Assembly: GCA_951813565.1 (NCBI GenBank) | Contig: OX638351.1 | Location: 4,224,001 to 4,288,000, forward strand | DNA length: 64,000 bases | Source of the DNA: an uncultured Poribacteria bacterium | GTDB lineage: Bacteria; Poribacteria; WGA-4E; WGA-3G | Reading direction: 5' to 3' | Part shown: positions 1 to 9,895 of the stretch, one piece after another | Numbering within the stretch: the stretch's first letter is position 1 | Layout: the number at the start of each line of letters is the position of its first letter | The notes under the pieces: generated by a model | Databases searched by the model: none | Told to the model about the DNA's origin: nothing | What the model saw: only the letters and a program-made list of their open reading frames with translations | Program-made: the position numbers and the translations under genes

Positions 1-1206
1 ATATCCGCCTTCAGCTAATACCCGTTCTGATGGGATATAGCCGGGAAAAGCGTTTGCGTAAGCACCTACCCATAGCCTCGTCACGTCAAACTCCCGTTTC
101 AGACGTAACGAAAAATCTACTACCACCTCACTTGCAAGGAACAGAACAGCTAACTCATCACCGAACGTCCACGCTTGTATCGGATAAGAGATTTCGGTTT
201 TGATTGCTTGTCCTTTCTGCAACATTTCAAGATGTTTTTGAGCATGGTATGCGGGTGCACCCCCTTGTGCAGCACGTGCTTCCCACTCCTCACGGGTTGG
301 AAGTTTATCAAAGGGCAAATTTACTCTCTGAAACACACCTATAGGCACATTGGAAATGTTGATTGCATCTCGTTCAAGTTGGTGTTCTACCTCTTGCGCA
401 AGTGCCTTTCCGTGTTCTTTGGCATAAGCGAGACGTGTTTCAAAAACCTCCTGTTTTCCTTCAGGCATCGGTCGCATCCGTGACTCTGGGTTCGCATCAG
501 CACCACATCCAATTGTTATTAGTGCGGTTACGTCGGGATGTGCCTTTTGAATTTCCTCCTGCGCATATCCTGCCCAGTCTCCGCAGATATGGTTATCCGC
601 ACCTGCTAACGTTGTGCAATGGCAAGCATAACTTGCCCATACCGCGCGCAAAGTGCCATCTGCATCGGTTATCTGCATCACTGGTAATGAATGGTCTACA
701 GGTCCACCATCTGTGCGTCTATTTTTCGCAAAACCGAGTTCACCGATGTTCCATGCTAATCGGCAAGGTTGTCGTCTTGTGAGTGCCTCCAGCGCAATGG
801 TTTCCATCCAGTTAGAAAGTTGACGCGTATAGCGGTCAATCTTTTCTTGTTCCTCTGGTGAAATATCTGCGCTGAAGATGAACGATGCAGCGTTTGTGAG
901 ACACGGTGCGCTGTGGGTATGTGTGTAGCACGCTACGAAATTCTCTCGCGGGATTCCTGTTTTATTTTTCACGCGTTCGGACACTTCTTCGGTTAACTCA
1001 TCAGGTAAGCCGCAGTTTTCTACGGTTATCATTACCACAGGACCATCTTCATCGCTACCAATAGCAAGTGCTTTTGCCCATATCCGCTGAATAATTCCCT
1101 CGGATTCTGCTCGCCTACTTCCATACCCATTGAGCCGAATTGGGTAATCTGGGGTAATATCTATTTGTGCAACGCCAACTTCAATGAGATTTTCTTTGTC
1201 TGCCAT
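1..1206 (-). CDS. Neutral/alkaline ceramidase-like hydrolase (3' end runs off the window)
   Basis: Manual translation from ATG at 1206: MADKENLIEVGVAQIDITPDYPIRLNGYGSRRAESEGIIQRIWAKALAIG...VACYTHTHSAP. The GVAxxDITP...LxGY start and THTHSAP motif fit the ceramidase N-terminal family. Not in the ORF track because no stop lies in the window. Confidence 0.75.
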   Translation of the reverse strand, partial: MADKENLIEVGVAQIDITPDYPIRLNGYGSRRAESEGIIQRIWAKALAIGSDEDGPVVMITVENCGLPDELTEEVSERVKNKTGIPRENFVACYTHTHSAPCLTNAASFIFSADISPEEQEKIDRYTRQLSNWMETIALEALTRRQPCRLAWNIGELGFAKNRRTDGGPVDHSLPVMQITDADGTLRAVWASYACHCTTLAGADNHICGDWAGYAQEEIQKAHPDVTALITIGCGADANPESRMRPMPEGKQEVFETRLAYAKEHGKALAQEVEHQLERDAINISNVPIGVFQRVNLPFDKLPTREEWEARAAQGGAPAYHAQKHLEMLQKGQAIKTEISYPIQAWTFGDELAVLFLASEVVVDFSLRLKREFDVTRLWVGAYANAFPGYIPSERVLAEGGY

Positions 1207-1284
1207 TTGGTTTTCCTTTCTAATTTCCTGCGAAATATTTTGCTACGAACTCATCTACTAAATTAACCAATAGACTGATATTTT

Positions 1285-2202
1285 TTACTCCACTTCCATA
1301 GCATCAGCAAAAACATCCTCAAGAGAATGTTTTACCTCCCGCAATTGCCGAAGTTGGACACCTGTTTCATGCGCCAATTTGAAAAAGAACGTGCCTTCTG
1401 TTTGATCTGTTGCTTTCGATGTTACGCGGACGTGTCCGTCTGGGCGTAACTCCGTATCGTAAGGATAACTTTCTAAGGCGGCAACGTAAGCATCACGATC
1501 ACCAACAATTTTCAGGTCAAACGCTTGTCCGTGATTCTTTCTGAGTTCTTCTATATTTCCCTGAATAACAAGACTTCCGTGAGAAAGCGCCATTACGTGA
1601 TGACATGCAGACTCTACATCAGGCAAAAGATGGGAAGATAAGAGGACATCAATTCCCTTATCCGATGAAATGTCTTTTACAAGCAAAAGCATCTCCTCTC
1701 TTCCACTTGTATCCATGCCATTTGTCGGTTCGTCAAGCAGTAGTAATTTCGGATCATGCACTAATGCTTGCGCTAACTTAACACGTTGCCGCATACCTGT
1801 TGAATATCCGCTGATGGGACGGTAGCGTTCCTCATCAACACCGACATAATACAGCACTTCGTGTGAACGTTGCATCGCATCACGCGACGGCATACCACAG
1901 AGTTGACCTGCATAAGCCACCAGTTGAACGGCATTCATATGCGGGATTAAACAGTTATCTTCAGGCATATATCCAACTTGTTGCCGGATCCGCACTTGTT
2001 CGGTTTGCACATCCAGTCCGAACACTTTTGCTTCACCTCGTGTTGGTTGGATAAAACCGAGGAGCATCTTAATCAACGTGCTTTTTCCAGCACCGTTAGG
2101 ACCCAATAATCCGACAGCACCGCCTTCTAATTCTACTGAAAGATCGTCCAAAGCAGGATTAGTGCCAAAAAAGACTGAGGTGTTTATTATTTCTATTAGC
2201 AT
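1285..2202 (-). CDS. ABC transporter ATP-binding protein (ABC-2/CcmA type)
   Basis: Walker A GPNGAGKST, signature YSTGMRQR, Walker B LLLLDEPT, H-loop SSH. Confidence 0.92.
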   Translation of the reverse strand: MLIEIINTSVFFGTNPALDDLSVELEGGAVGLLGPNGAGKSTLIKMLLGFIQPTRGEAKVFGLDVQTEQVRIRQQVGYMPEDNCLIPHMNAVQLVAYAGQLCGMPSRDAMQRSHEVLYYVGVDEERYRPISGYSTGMRQRVKLAQALVHDPKLLLLDEPTNGMDTSGREEMLLLVKDISSDKGIDVLLSSHLLPDVESACHHVMALSHGSLVIQGNIEELRKNHGQAFDLKIVGDRDAYVAALESYPYDTELRPDGHVRVTSKATDQTEGTFFFKLAHETGVQLRQLREVKHSLEDVFADAMEVE

Positions 2203-2210
2203 TTTTTATA

Positions 2211-3377
2211 TTATGAATAAATACGGTTTACACGTTTTGCTATACTTGTCAAAATTCTATATGGAATTGTATTGGCTCGGTCAGCTACTTCATAAATTGT
2301 TATTTCTTCACTTCCCTGTTTCCCAATCAGGACAACTTCGTCACCTACTGCTACATTATCTGAGGGTTCTAACTGAACTACCATCATGTCCATGCAGATA
2401 AGTCCAATTATCGGATAGCGCCTCCCACCAATTAACACCTCACCAATACCTGAAAGTGCTCGCGGATAACCATCGCCAAAGCCAACTTGTATCCCTGCCA
2501 CACGGGTTCGAGACGATGCTTTATATGTCAGTCCATAGCTGACACCTTCTCCCTGTTCAATAAAATCTATCCAACCGACACGCGCCTTCCACATCAGCGC
2601 AGGTTGCAGCTGGATCGGTTTTTCGTTTGCGGGATAGATTCCGTATAGACTTAAGCCGGGACGCACAGCGTCTAAATGAGATTCAGGTATCGCCAAAGCC
2701 GCTGCACTGTTTGCAGCATGCGTCATCGGTATATTCGGAATGTTCGCAAGCACGCAAGAAAAGCGATTTAGTTGAAGGTGTGCGAAACTGTTATCAGTTT
2801 GATGGGCAGTTGCAAAGTGTGTAAAAATACCTTCGACCTCAAGATACTGCAATGTTTTTAGTTTTCTCAGGAACACCGCCGCTTCAGTATAGCGAACCCC
2901 GCTTCGATTCATCCCCGTGTTAACATCAACGTGGACTTTTACTTTTTTTTTACCCGCAAGTTGCAATTGCAAGTGTTTATCGTCTAAAACTTTGTTCAAC
3001 CGTAACGCCAAAGTGAAATTATCAATCGCAGGAGTCAAGTCGTAGGCTACAATTTCTTCTGCCAAATCTGGCAAAGGAGAAAACAGGATAAGTATAGGTT
3101 TTCGGATACCTGCCTCACGTAGTTCAATGCCTTCCGCAACCGTTGCCACTGCGAACATATCAGCGATTGTGTGCAACGCCTCTGTAACAGCAATAGCACC
3201 GTGTCCGTAGGCATCCGCTTTAACAACAGCGATTAACTGTCCTCCCGTCCGTGCCTTTATCGCTTTAGCATTGGCTTGAATCGCCTTGAGGTCAACTTCT
3301 ACGTTTGTTTGAATGCTTGTCTCCAAATCAATTTCCTGTGTGTTAACGGACCTCAGATATTGTGCCTTCAACCCCAA
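2211..3377 (-). CDS. alr: Alanine racemase
   Basis: PLP-lysine motif AVVKADAYGHG, HVDVNTGMNRSG, FTHFA, HAANS, VRPGLSLYG, GVSYG, GLICMD. Exact start uncertain. Confidence 0.93.
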   Translation of the reverse strand: MGLKAQYLRSVNTQEIDLETSIQTNVEVDLKAIQANAKAIKARTGGQLIAVVKADAYGHGAIAVTEALHTIADMFAVATVAEGIELREAGIRKPILILFSPLPDLAEEIVAYDLTPAIDNFTLALRLNKVLDDKHLQLQLAGKKKVKVHVDVNTGMNRSGVRYTEAAVFLRKLKTLQYLEVEGIFTHFATAHQTDNSFAHLQLNRFSCVLANIPNIPMTHAANSAAALAIPESHLDAVRPGLSLYGIYPANEKPIQLQPALMWKARVGWIDFIEQGEGVSYGLTYKASSRTRVAGIQVGFGDGYPRALSGIGEVLIGGRRYPIIGLICMDMMVVQLEPSDNVAVGDEVVLIGKQGSEEITIYEVADRANTIPYRILTSIAKRVNRIYS

Positions 3378-4095
3378 CCAACGTCAGCTTCTGTAACAAC
3401 CATGCATCTTCCATAACGTTGACTACCTCAAGTGTTAATGAAAGTTCATAATTTCCCGGTACAGTTAGAACTGATGAGACATCTACCTCATCTGCAATTG
3501 TTAACGGCCCTTCAGGTTGTACAACACCAATTGCGCGATTTCGGACAACAGAAACACCGTTGATAGCAATGCTCAGAAATGCACCTGCGCGCGCTGTCTC
3601 CTGAAGTATTTCATATCGCAACCTGATGTTATCACGAAACAACTCTTCTACGTTCAACCGATATGTCAAAGTTTGCATGAAGGTATTTCCTTGCCAATAA
3701 CGGTTTGGCATCGCAACAATAGCATGACCGATATTTACTTCAATCAAAATGTCATGACGTTCCGTTACTGTTCCATCAGACACTTCAAGCGATATCGTAT
3801 AAGAGCCAGCGGATTCAGGTGCAACATAAACCACGCTTGTGCCATCACCTACAATCCTTCCACCGCTTGCTTGCCATTCGTAAACCAGCACTGCTGAATC
3901 TCCAGAATAATTCACTGTTGCCATGATAGTTGTGGTATCACCGATATTGAGCGTTTGAGACTCAGATTCTAAATCAATATCAAGTATCTCCTCGTCTATG
4001 CCCAACAAGTTGTTTGTATCACAAGCCGATATTAGACTTACTGCAAATAATAGACACAGAATTTGGATATAAGATAGAAGTTCTTGGATTTTCAT
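3343..4095 (-). CDS. Putative lipoprotein with PKD/Ig-like domain
   Basis: Likely start MKIQELL at 4095 (the ORF-track extension overlaps potC). Lipobox LISAC, then YEWQASGG...YTISLEVSDG Ig/PKD-like segment. Confidence 0.65.
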   Translation of the reverse strand: MKIQELLSYIQILCLLFAVSLISACDTNNLLGIDEEILDIDLESESQTLNIGDTTTIMATVNYSGDSAVLVYEWQASGGRIVGDGTSVVYVAPESAGSYTISLEVSDGTVTERHDILIEVNIGHAIVAMPNRYWQGNTFMQTLTYRLNVEELFRDNIRLRYEILQETARAGAFLSIAINGVSVVRNRAIGVVQPEGPLTIADEVDVSSVLTVPGNYELSLTLEVVNVMEDAWLLQKLTLVGVEGTISEVR

Positions 4096-4127
4096 ATTGA
4101 TATTATACCATAATTTGAAGTAATTGG

Positions 4128-4901
4128 TTAACTCGTTTGCGTGTTTCGTCCTCGAAACCACAGGAATAGTAAGATTAGGACAATTGAATTCACTAACAAC
4201 ATCGTTGAAATAGCGTTGAGTTCTGGTGTAATGCCAAACTTTAGACTTGAGTAGATATGGACTGATAGCGTTGTAGACCCAACGCCTGCGGTAAAGAAAG
4301 TGATAACAAAGTCGTCTATTGAGAGTGTGAAAGCGAGCAGTGCGCCGCCGATGATACCGGGCGCGATAAGCGGGAACGTAATCCGCCAAAATGTTTGCCA
4401 TCGGTTTGCGCCAAGATCGAGTGCTGCTTCCTCAACCGTGTGATCATAACCCTCCAAACGCGCCCGGACAACAATGGTAATGTATGCGATATTGAAGACT
4501 ACGTGTGCTAAAATAACCGACGTTAATCCACGCGGAAATTTGACCTGCACGTAAAATGTCAATAATGCAATTGCCAAAACAATATCTGGAATAATGAGTG
4601 GTAGATAGAGAACACGGGTTAAGGCAGTGCGAATCCGAAACCGATATTTTTCTATTGCGAGCGCTGCAGCGGTTCCGATGATAGTTGAAATGAAAGTTGC
4701 AATCCCTGCGATAATCAAGCTATTTTTACAGGCACGCCAGACATCAGGATTCTTAAACAGTTTCGCATACCAGCCGAGCGAGAAACCTTCCCAAACCGAA
4801 ATCTGATCCCCACTGTTGAATGAGAATATCACAACAACTAAGATCGGGACATAGAGAAAAAGAAAAACAAAAAATATGTTGATTTCAAGAAGTCGTTTCA
4901 T
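4128..4901 (-). CDS. potC: Spermidine/putrescine ABC transporter permease
   Basis: FLYVPILVVVIFSFN, EEAALDLGA EAA loop, FTLSIDDFVITFF, ITPELNAISTM. Confidence 0.88.
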   Translation of the reverse strand: MKRLLEINIFFVFLFLYVPILVVVIFSFNSGDQISVWEGFSLGWYAKLFKNPDVWRACKNSLIIAGIATFISTIIGTAAALAIEKYRFRIRTALTRVLYLPLIIPDIVLAIALLTFYVQVKFPRGLTSVILAHVVFNIAYITIVVRARLEGYDHTVEEAALDLGANRWQTFWRITFPLIAPGIIGGALLAFTLSIDDFVITFFTAGVGSTTLSVHIYSSLKFGITPELNAISTMLLVNSIVLILLFLWFRGRNTQTS

Positions 4902-4968
4902 TTTTAACTGATCTGTAGAATTAGGTGTATTTTACCTATAATTTGATTTTCTGCTTAAGATTCTTCTT

Positions 4969-4993
4969 GTAGGAGCGAGCTCCAGCTCGCGAC
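4969..4993 (+). repeat. GTAG-type REP-like palindrome
   Basis: GTAGGAGCGAGCTCCAGCTCGCGAC. Related copies start at 36768 and 47722. Confidence 0.6.
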
Positions 4994-5096
4994 TTTCCAA
5001 CTCAAATGTCTAAAAAGCCAAAAACTATAGTGAACTTGTCTTGGAAAGATAATGGACAATAGAAGTTTGCGCTACAGAAGTGTCCCATTAATTATA

Positions 5097-5224
5097 CTAT
5101 ACTTTGGACAATTTTAGCTGTTTTCGTGAGGTTGGGTTAGAAAAAAAACATCTAGTTTTCATATTGGACACCTAACAGTTTCTCAGCAAGTCCTCGAACA
5201 ATATGTAAATTGTCCAAACTATAG
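5097..5224. mobile_element. 128-bp MITE with 8-bp target duplication
   Basis: TIRs CTATACTTTGGACAATTT / AAATTGTCCAAACTATAG; TAATTATA directly repeated at 5089-5096 and 5225-5232. Confidence 0.75.
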
Positions 5225-5283
5225 TAATTATAGGTCTTACTATAAATTACCTCAACAATATTAGACGAGATATAGATACATCT

Positions 5284-6132
5284 TTAAGTTTCCGCAGATT
5301 CACTGCCTTGCAAAGCACGAAAATATAACACAGTCCCCGCAAGCACTACAGCCATAAGCATAAAAGAGAGCGCAGAGCCAAATGGAAAGTCGCGCGCGGT
5401 TTTGAATTGTCGTTCAATTACATTGCCGATAAAACTCACTTTTCCACCCCCAAGGATGTCAGGTGTTAGAAATGCCCCGACCGTAGGAATAAAAACTAAC
5501 ATTGACCCCGCAAGTATACCGGGTAGGCTAAGCGGTAAGGTAACATGCCAAAAGGCATGACGTGGCGATGCGCCCAAATCCTTCGCTGCATCTATTAGAG
5601 ACAAATCCAACTGCTCTAATGCAGCGTATAGCGGGAGAATCATAAACGGCAGATAACCGTAAACTAATCCTATCTGCACTGCGAAGGGTGTATTGAGGAG
5701 TTCTAAGGGTTGAAAACCGGGAATTAGTAGCGCAAGAAAACTATTTAGAAGTCCTTCTGTACGTAAGATCAGTATCCACGCGTAGGTGCGAATCAGGAAG
5801 TTTATCCAAAATGGCACTACGACAAGTAGTAACAACACATTTCGCCATTTTGGTTTGTAGTATGCCAGATAATATGCGAATGGATAGCCAACAATTAGAC
5901 AAATTGCTGTGCAGACGAATGCTGTTGATACTGAACGCCAAAGGATACCGAGATAGAGTCCATCAAACAAACGTTGATAGTTTTCCAACGTGAAGTTCCA
6001 CTCTATTCCACCGTAGGTGCCGCGCTCCAGAAAACTATAAATGAGGACAGAGATGAGGGGTAAAAAGAAGAAACAGATGAGCCAGAAGATAACGGGGGAG
6101 AGTAGGATGAGGAGGCGGTAATTACGACGCAT
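5284..6132 (-). CDS. potB: Spermidine/putrescine ABC transporter permease
   Basis: VVPFWINFLIRTYAW, YGYLPFMILPLY, DAAKDLGA, LVFIPTVG. Confidence 0.88.
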   Translation of the reverse strand: MRRNYRLLILLSPVIFWLICFFFLPLISVLIYSFLERGTYGGIEWNFTLENYQRLFDGLYLGILWRSVSTAFVCTAICLIVGYPFAYYLAYYKPKWRNVLLLLVVVPFWINFLIRTYAWILILRTEGLLNSFLALLIPGFQPLELLNTPFAVQIGLVYGYLPFMILPLYAALEQLDLSLIDAAKDLGASPRHAFWHVTLPLSLPGILAGSMLVFIPTVGAFLTPDILGGGKVSFIGNVIERQFKTARDFPFGSALSFMLMAVVLAGTVLYFRALQGSESAET

Positions 6133-6227
6133 TTACTGTTTCAAAAACTGGCGGATATTGTTTTGAATATTTCACGGCTCTGTGTTTTCAAGAATATTCC
6201 AGTTACCAATTTTGCTTTAGTCGGTAA

Positions 6228-6764
6228 TTAGGTGCGTCTTTGCTCACGTCTTTCATACAAATGGCGGATGTTTTCCTCACATAGAAATTCAACAACCAAT
6301 CCGTTTTCAGCAAAAACCTCTTGCGATCCATACCATTGACTATCCACAGATTGTAGAATCGTTGCCTTTTGATGATGCTCATCCTCATACATAACTGCTA
6401 CAGCAATAAACTTTTTGTCGTCCGAGTCAAATTCAGTAAACGCTTCGGGTAACTCTTCAAAACCAACTCCATCTTCGGATGGTGTAATGCGGACTTGCAC
6501 GCACTGCTCCGGGTTCTGATAATTTCGGATGAACCATTCCAAAAAGTGTCCACCGTTCCGCTCGTTCGTCGTCGAATCGTCATCGTCAAGATAATCTATA
6601 TACTCTCCGAGAATTATCCTTTTATCATCAATAACGACTTTTTCGGTTCCATCAATAATCTTGTCTAACCGCTCCTGACATGCTGCAACACACTCGTCCC
6701 ACGCTTGTTCAGACATCCCTTTTGCGACAAGGATAACGTTCGTATCTATAACAACAGCGTCCAT
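6228..6764 (-). CDS. PIN-like domain protein
   Basis: N-terminal VVIDTNVILVA, later FDSDDKKFIAVA and SVDSQW acidic motifs. Start overlaps the stop of the upstream ATPase (TAATG). Confidence 0.6.
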   Translation of the reverse strand: MDAVVIDTNVILVAKGMSEQAWDECVAACQERLDKIIDGTEKVVIDDKRIILGEYIDYLDDDDSTTNERNGGHFLEWFIRNYQNPEQCVQVRITPSEDGVGFEELPEAFTEFDSDDKKFIAVAVMYEDEHHQKATILQSVDSQWYGSQEVFAENGLVVEFLCEENIRHLYERREQRRT

Positions 6765-8089
6765 TAACCCTCCGCTTCCTTCTGCCGCTTTATTTGTTCA
6801 CGGGTCATTTTAGTAAGATCACCTCTCACATTTCCAAAAAAGTTTTTCGGCCAGTTTTTGATGTTTCCGAGTTCATCTAACTCCAGAGGCTTAATTTTAG
6901 AAGTCCCGTTTTCATTCTCGCAAAAATAGAGGGCAGTCTGATCTGCAGCAATTTTTTCTTCTGCAATTCGTAATTGCAAACGAGTTAACAGGTGTTCGCT
7001 ATGGCTTTCAACCAAAACCTGTAGTTTTCGTTCGTTGACAACCTCTATCAGCAAATCAGCAAGTTGAGATTGAACCATAGGGTGGAGATGAATGCCGGGT
7101 TGTTCCAGAATTAAGGTTGAACCTACTGGGGCATAGTAACAAAGCACTAACACCGGTAAAAATTGCGCTAATCCGTATCCCATGTCAACTAACGTAACTG
7201 TTGGACTGGAGGGAGTTTTTTGAATACGGACTTCATAATTTTTTCTGTCCCCTTCACCCGTCCAATCAAGTGAAAACGTATGCGCTAAATCCATTTCTTG
7301 CAGCCAATATGAAACTCTTTCTTCAATGGGAACACCATCAGTTTCATGTGATGTTTTCATATTTCGAACGCGTGCAGAGAGGAGGGCGTTAATAGTTTGA
7401 TCTCCCCACTGTTTGATATGTTTAGGATGTCCTCCAGACCAAGAATAGCGACGCCGTGGATTCACCCGAATTGGACCTAGATAGAAAACATACAAAAACA
7501 ATTCCTCAAACGCTGATACATATTTCTGTAAAAATTTTACAGATTCCGTTGTTCCTGATGACCACTTGCCGTAGCAGTTTTCTAGTCGTATGTTAGTTTC
7601 CGTTTTATTACTACGAGGAAAAGACGCGCGTCCTTCGCTGCACACTATTTCTGCGTACCCTTTTAGGGAAGACCCATAACTGAGTTTTTCTACAATTAAT
7701 TTTCCATTTTCTACTTGAATTATACTTTCATAAGCGAATTGATCTACTTTTTGCTCCCATGGAGTACCATCTTCAGGAATATTGATGAGAGAGCGAGGGT
7801 GGGTAAGGTGACACTGAAACTCAAATGCAAGTGGCGCTACCAATTTATGCGCATGAATCACCTCACGAAAATTTCCGAGGTTGACAAGAGTATTTTCGCT
7901 CCCAAAAAAGATAACTTCCTCCGCATCCTCCTGCTCCGTTGTCTGTTTAAGCAACAACAACATCTGCAACAGACTACTCTTCCCAGAACTATTTGTCCCA
8001 AAAAAGCCTGTCAACGGTGCAAGTTCCACCTCACCGCTATCTGCCCACGATTTGAAGTTTTTCATCCGGATATGTGTAATCATTTCCAT
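6764..8089 (-). CDS. AAA_15/AAA_21-type ABC ATPase with DUF3696-like C-terminus
   Basis: IRMKNFKSW, Walker A GTNSSGKSS, DMGYGLAQFLP, LILEQPGIHLHP, VESHSEHLL, C-terminal GNIKNWPKNFF. Confidence 0.8.
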   Translation of the reverse strand: MEMITHIRMKNFKSWADSGEVELAPLTGFFGTNSSGKSSLLQMLLLLKQTTEQEDAEEVIFFGSENTLVNLGNFREVIHAHKLVAPLAFEFQCHLTHPRSLINIPEDGTPWEQKVDQFAYESIIQVENGKLIVEKLSYGSSLKGYAEIVCSEGRASFPRSNKTETNIRLENCYGKWSSGTTESVKFLQKYVSAFEELFLYVFYLGPIRVNPRRRYSWSGGHPKHIKQWGDQTINALLSARVRNMKTSHETDGVPIEERVSYWLQEMDLAHTFSLDWTGEGDRKNYEVRIQKTPSSPTVTLVDMGYGLAQFLPVLVLCYYAPVGSTLILEQPGIHLHPMVQSQLADLLIEVVNERKLQVLVESHSEHLLTRLQLRIAEEKIAADQTALYFCENENGTSKIKPLELDELGNIKNWPKNFFGNVRGDLTKMTREQIKRQKEAEG

Positions 8090-8207
8090 TCACCACAAAA
8101 TCAGTGTAATCTGTGAAATCCGCATAATCCGCGATTCAGGATAATTCCAGTTCTGAAAACAATATACCATTTAAGGCTTTGTAACATTTGAAACCCATAT
8201 TATGTTG

Positions 8208-8245
8208 AATGTTCGAGGCGCAATGAATTGCGCGACTACAAACGC
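8208..8245 (-). repeat. REP-like palindrome (empty allele of the site at 47648-47719)
   Basis: Reverse complement GCGTTTGTAGTCGCGCAATTCATTGCGCCTCGAACATT matches 47648-47719 apart from 2 substitutions and a 34-bp insertion there. Confidence 0.75.
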
Positions 8246-8286
8246 TCTGAATCTAAAGAAAAGTGTTTAAATATTACTATGATCGA

Positions 8287-9474
8287 CTAATCAGCAGCGG
8301 GTGCGAAGGTTTCAGGATTCTCTGCAGCTGCATCGTAATCGTCAATTAGTTTTGTAATACTCGGGTTTTTACCGCAAAGCGGGCAATTTTCATCTCGAGG
8401 GACTTTCATTTCGCGATAGGTCATATCGAGTGCATCATAGAGGATAAGCCTACCGATAAGCGGTTCACCGATACCGATAATATACTTAATCGCTTCCGTT
8501 GCCATCATCACGCCAATTACGCCTGGGAGCACGCCCAGGACACCTGCCTCACTTCAGCTCGGGACCATGCCTGGCGGTGGTGGTGTGGGATACATGCATC
8601 GGTAGCACGGACCCTCATTCGGTTTGAAGAGGGTAACCTGACCCTCAAACTGAAAAATACTACCGTGAACAATCGGCTTATTCATAAGCACCGCAGCATC
8701 GTTAACGAGGAAACGGGTAGCGAAGTTATCGCATCCATCAACAATCAGATCGTATTCCGAGAAGATTTCTTCCACGTTGTCAGCGGTCAAACGGAGATTA
8801 TAAGGTGTAATCTCAACATCCGGATTAAGAGACTTGATAGTCGTTGTAGCGGACTGAACTTTCGGTGTGCCTACTGCCTCTGTGCGGTGCAGTATCTGAC
8901 GCTGCAGGTTGCTTAACTCCACAACATCCGAGTCTATGACACCCATGTGTCCAATGCCAGCAGCACCAAGATACACGCCAGCAGGTGAACCTAATCCGCC
9001 TGCACCGACGAGTAAGACCTTCGCATCAAGCAGTTTAGCCTGCCCGCGTTCACCGACCTCAGTGAGCATAAAATGTCTGCTATAGCGGTCAAGCTGCTCG
9101 TGCGACATCTCTTTATCTTGTGCGGTTGGTAAACCAGCAGCTGACCAATCTCGGTATCCACCTGCCATGGATACGGTATCAGTATATCCCATTTCACGAA
9201 GCGACTTTGCAGCAAGCAATGAACGGAGCCCCGCGGCACAATAGACCACAACTTTTTGGTCACGATCAGGAATATAATCTTCAACAGAAAATTCCAGCAT
9301 TCCGCGTGTGACGTGCACAGCATCAGGGATGTAGCCAGCGCGATATTCGTCTTCATCGCGAACATCCAGAAGCACAAAGTCACTGTCGTTTTCCTGCTCC
9401 GCTTTTACATCAGCAACAGTCACTTCCGGAATTTCTGTTTTTGCCTCCTCCACGATTTGTCTGTAGGATTTCAT
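8287..9474 (-). CDS. moeB: Rhodanese-MoeB/ThiF adenylyltransferase fusion, probable selenoprotein (UGA at 8554-8556 read as Sec; 395 aa)
   Basis: Rhodanese DVR...YCAAGLRS, RYSRH, GAGGLGSP, SNLQRQ, CYRC. Then [26 protein letters not shown] continues in frame into ORF 8287..8532, which carries the second CPLC zinc pair. Confidence 0.85.
8522..8556 (-). promoter_or_regulatory. Bacterial SECIS-like hairpin after the in-frame UGA
   Basis: mRNA UGA-AGUGAGGCAGGUGU-CCUGGG-CGUGCU-CCCAGG: a mostly GC 6-bp stem whose loop begins 20 nt after the UGA, with GU near the loop start. Confidence 0.65.
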
Positions 9475-9839
9475 ATTTTGTTCTCCAAGGTTTTAGGTTT
9501 CTGTTTACGATGGTCTAATAAGTCAATAAATAGCGGAGGCTGTAATGCGAAGCTTAAAGAAAATTCGCAATCTCCGTTTCTTGCCAGTAGTGTCCAATAG
9601 TGTTATTAATCTACCCTAATTTTAAAACGATTATATCATTTTTTCCTCTCTTTGTCAACTATTTTGCGGGACATCGGTTTTTATATTTTCAGTCAATCAG
9701 ATGCTAACACAGATGGACATGCCGAGTACGGTTGTTGTCCAAAGCACTGATGGTCATCGGTCTATTAAGCGTGCAGCTTAGTTTGCAGTTTCCCGTTGAT
9801 TCCAAAATTCTGGCGAGTTAGAGTGTCTTGTAAAAGCAA

Positions 9840-9869
9840 TTGACATTTTACTTTGGAGTATGTTAATAT
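9840..9869 (+). promoter_or_regulatory. Putative sigma70 promoter
   Basis: TTGACA-18 nt-TAATAT with TG extension, upstream of the 9896 pseudogene. Confidence 0.4.
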
Positions 9870-9895
9870 GTGATCATAGAGTTTGAAACAAAAAG

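Noticed and set aside
175..782. Two plus-strand ORFs at the window start
   Set aside because: They are antisense to the ceramidase-like gene and have no motifs. The same applies to the many short ORFs nested in long genes.
4096..4401. N-terminal 100-aa extension of ORF 3343..4401
   Set aside because: It overlaps potC in another frame, and a lipoprotein signal begins at ATG 4095.
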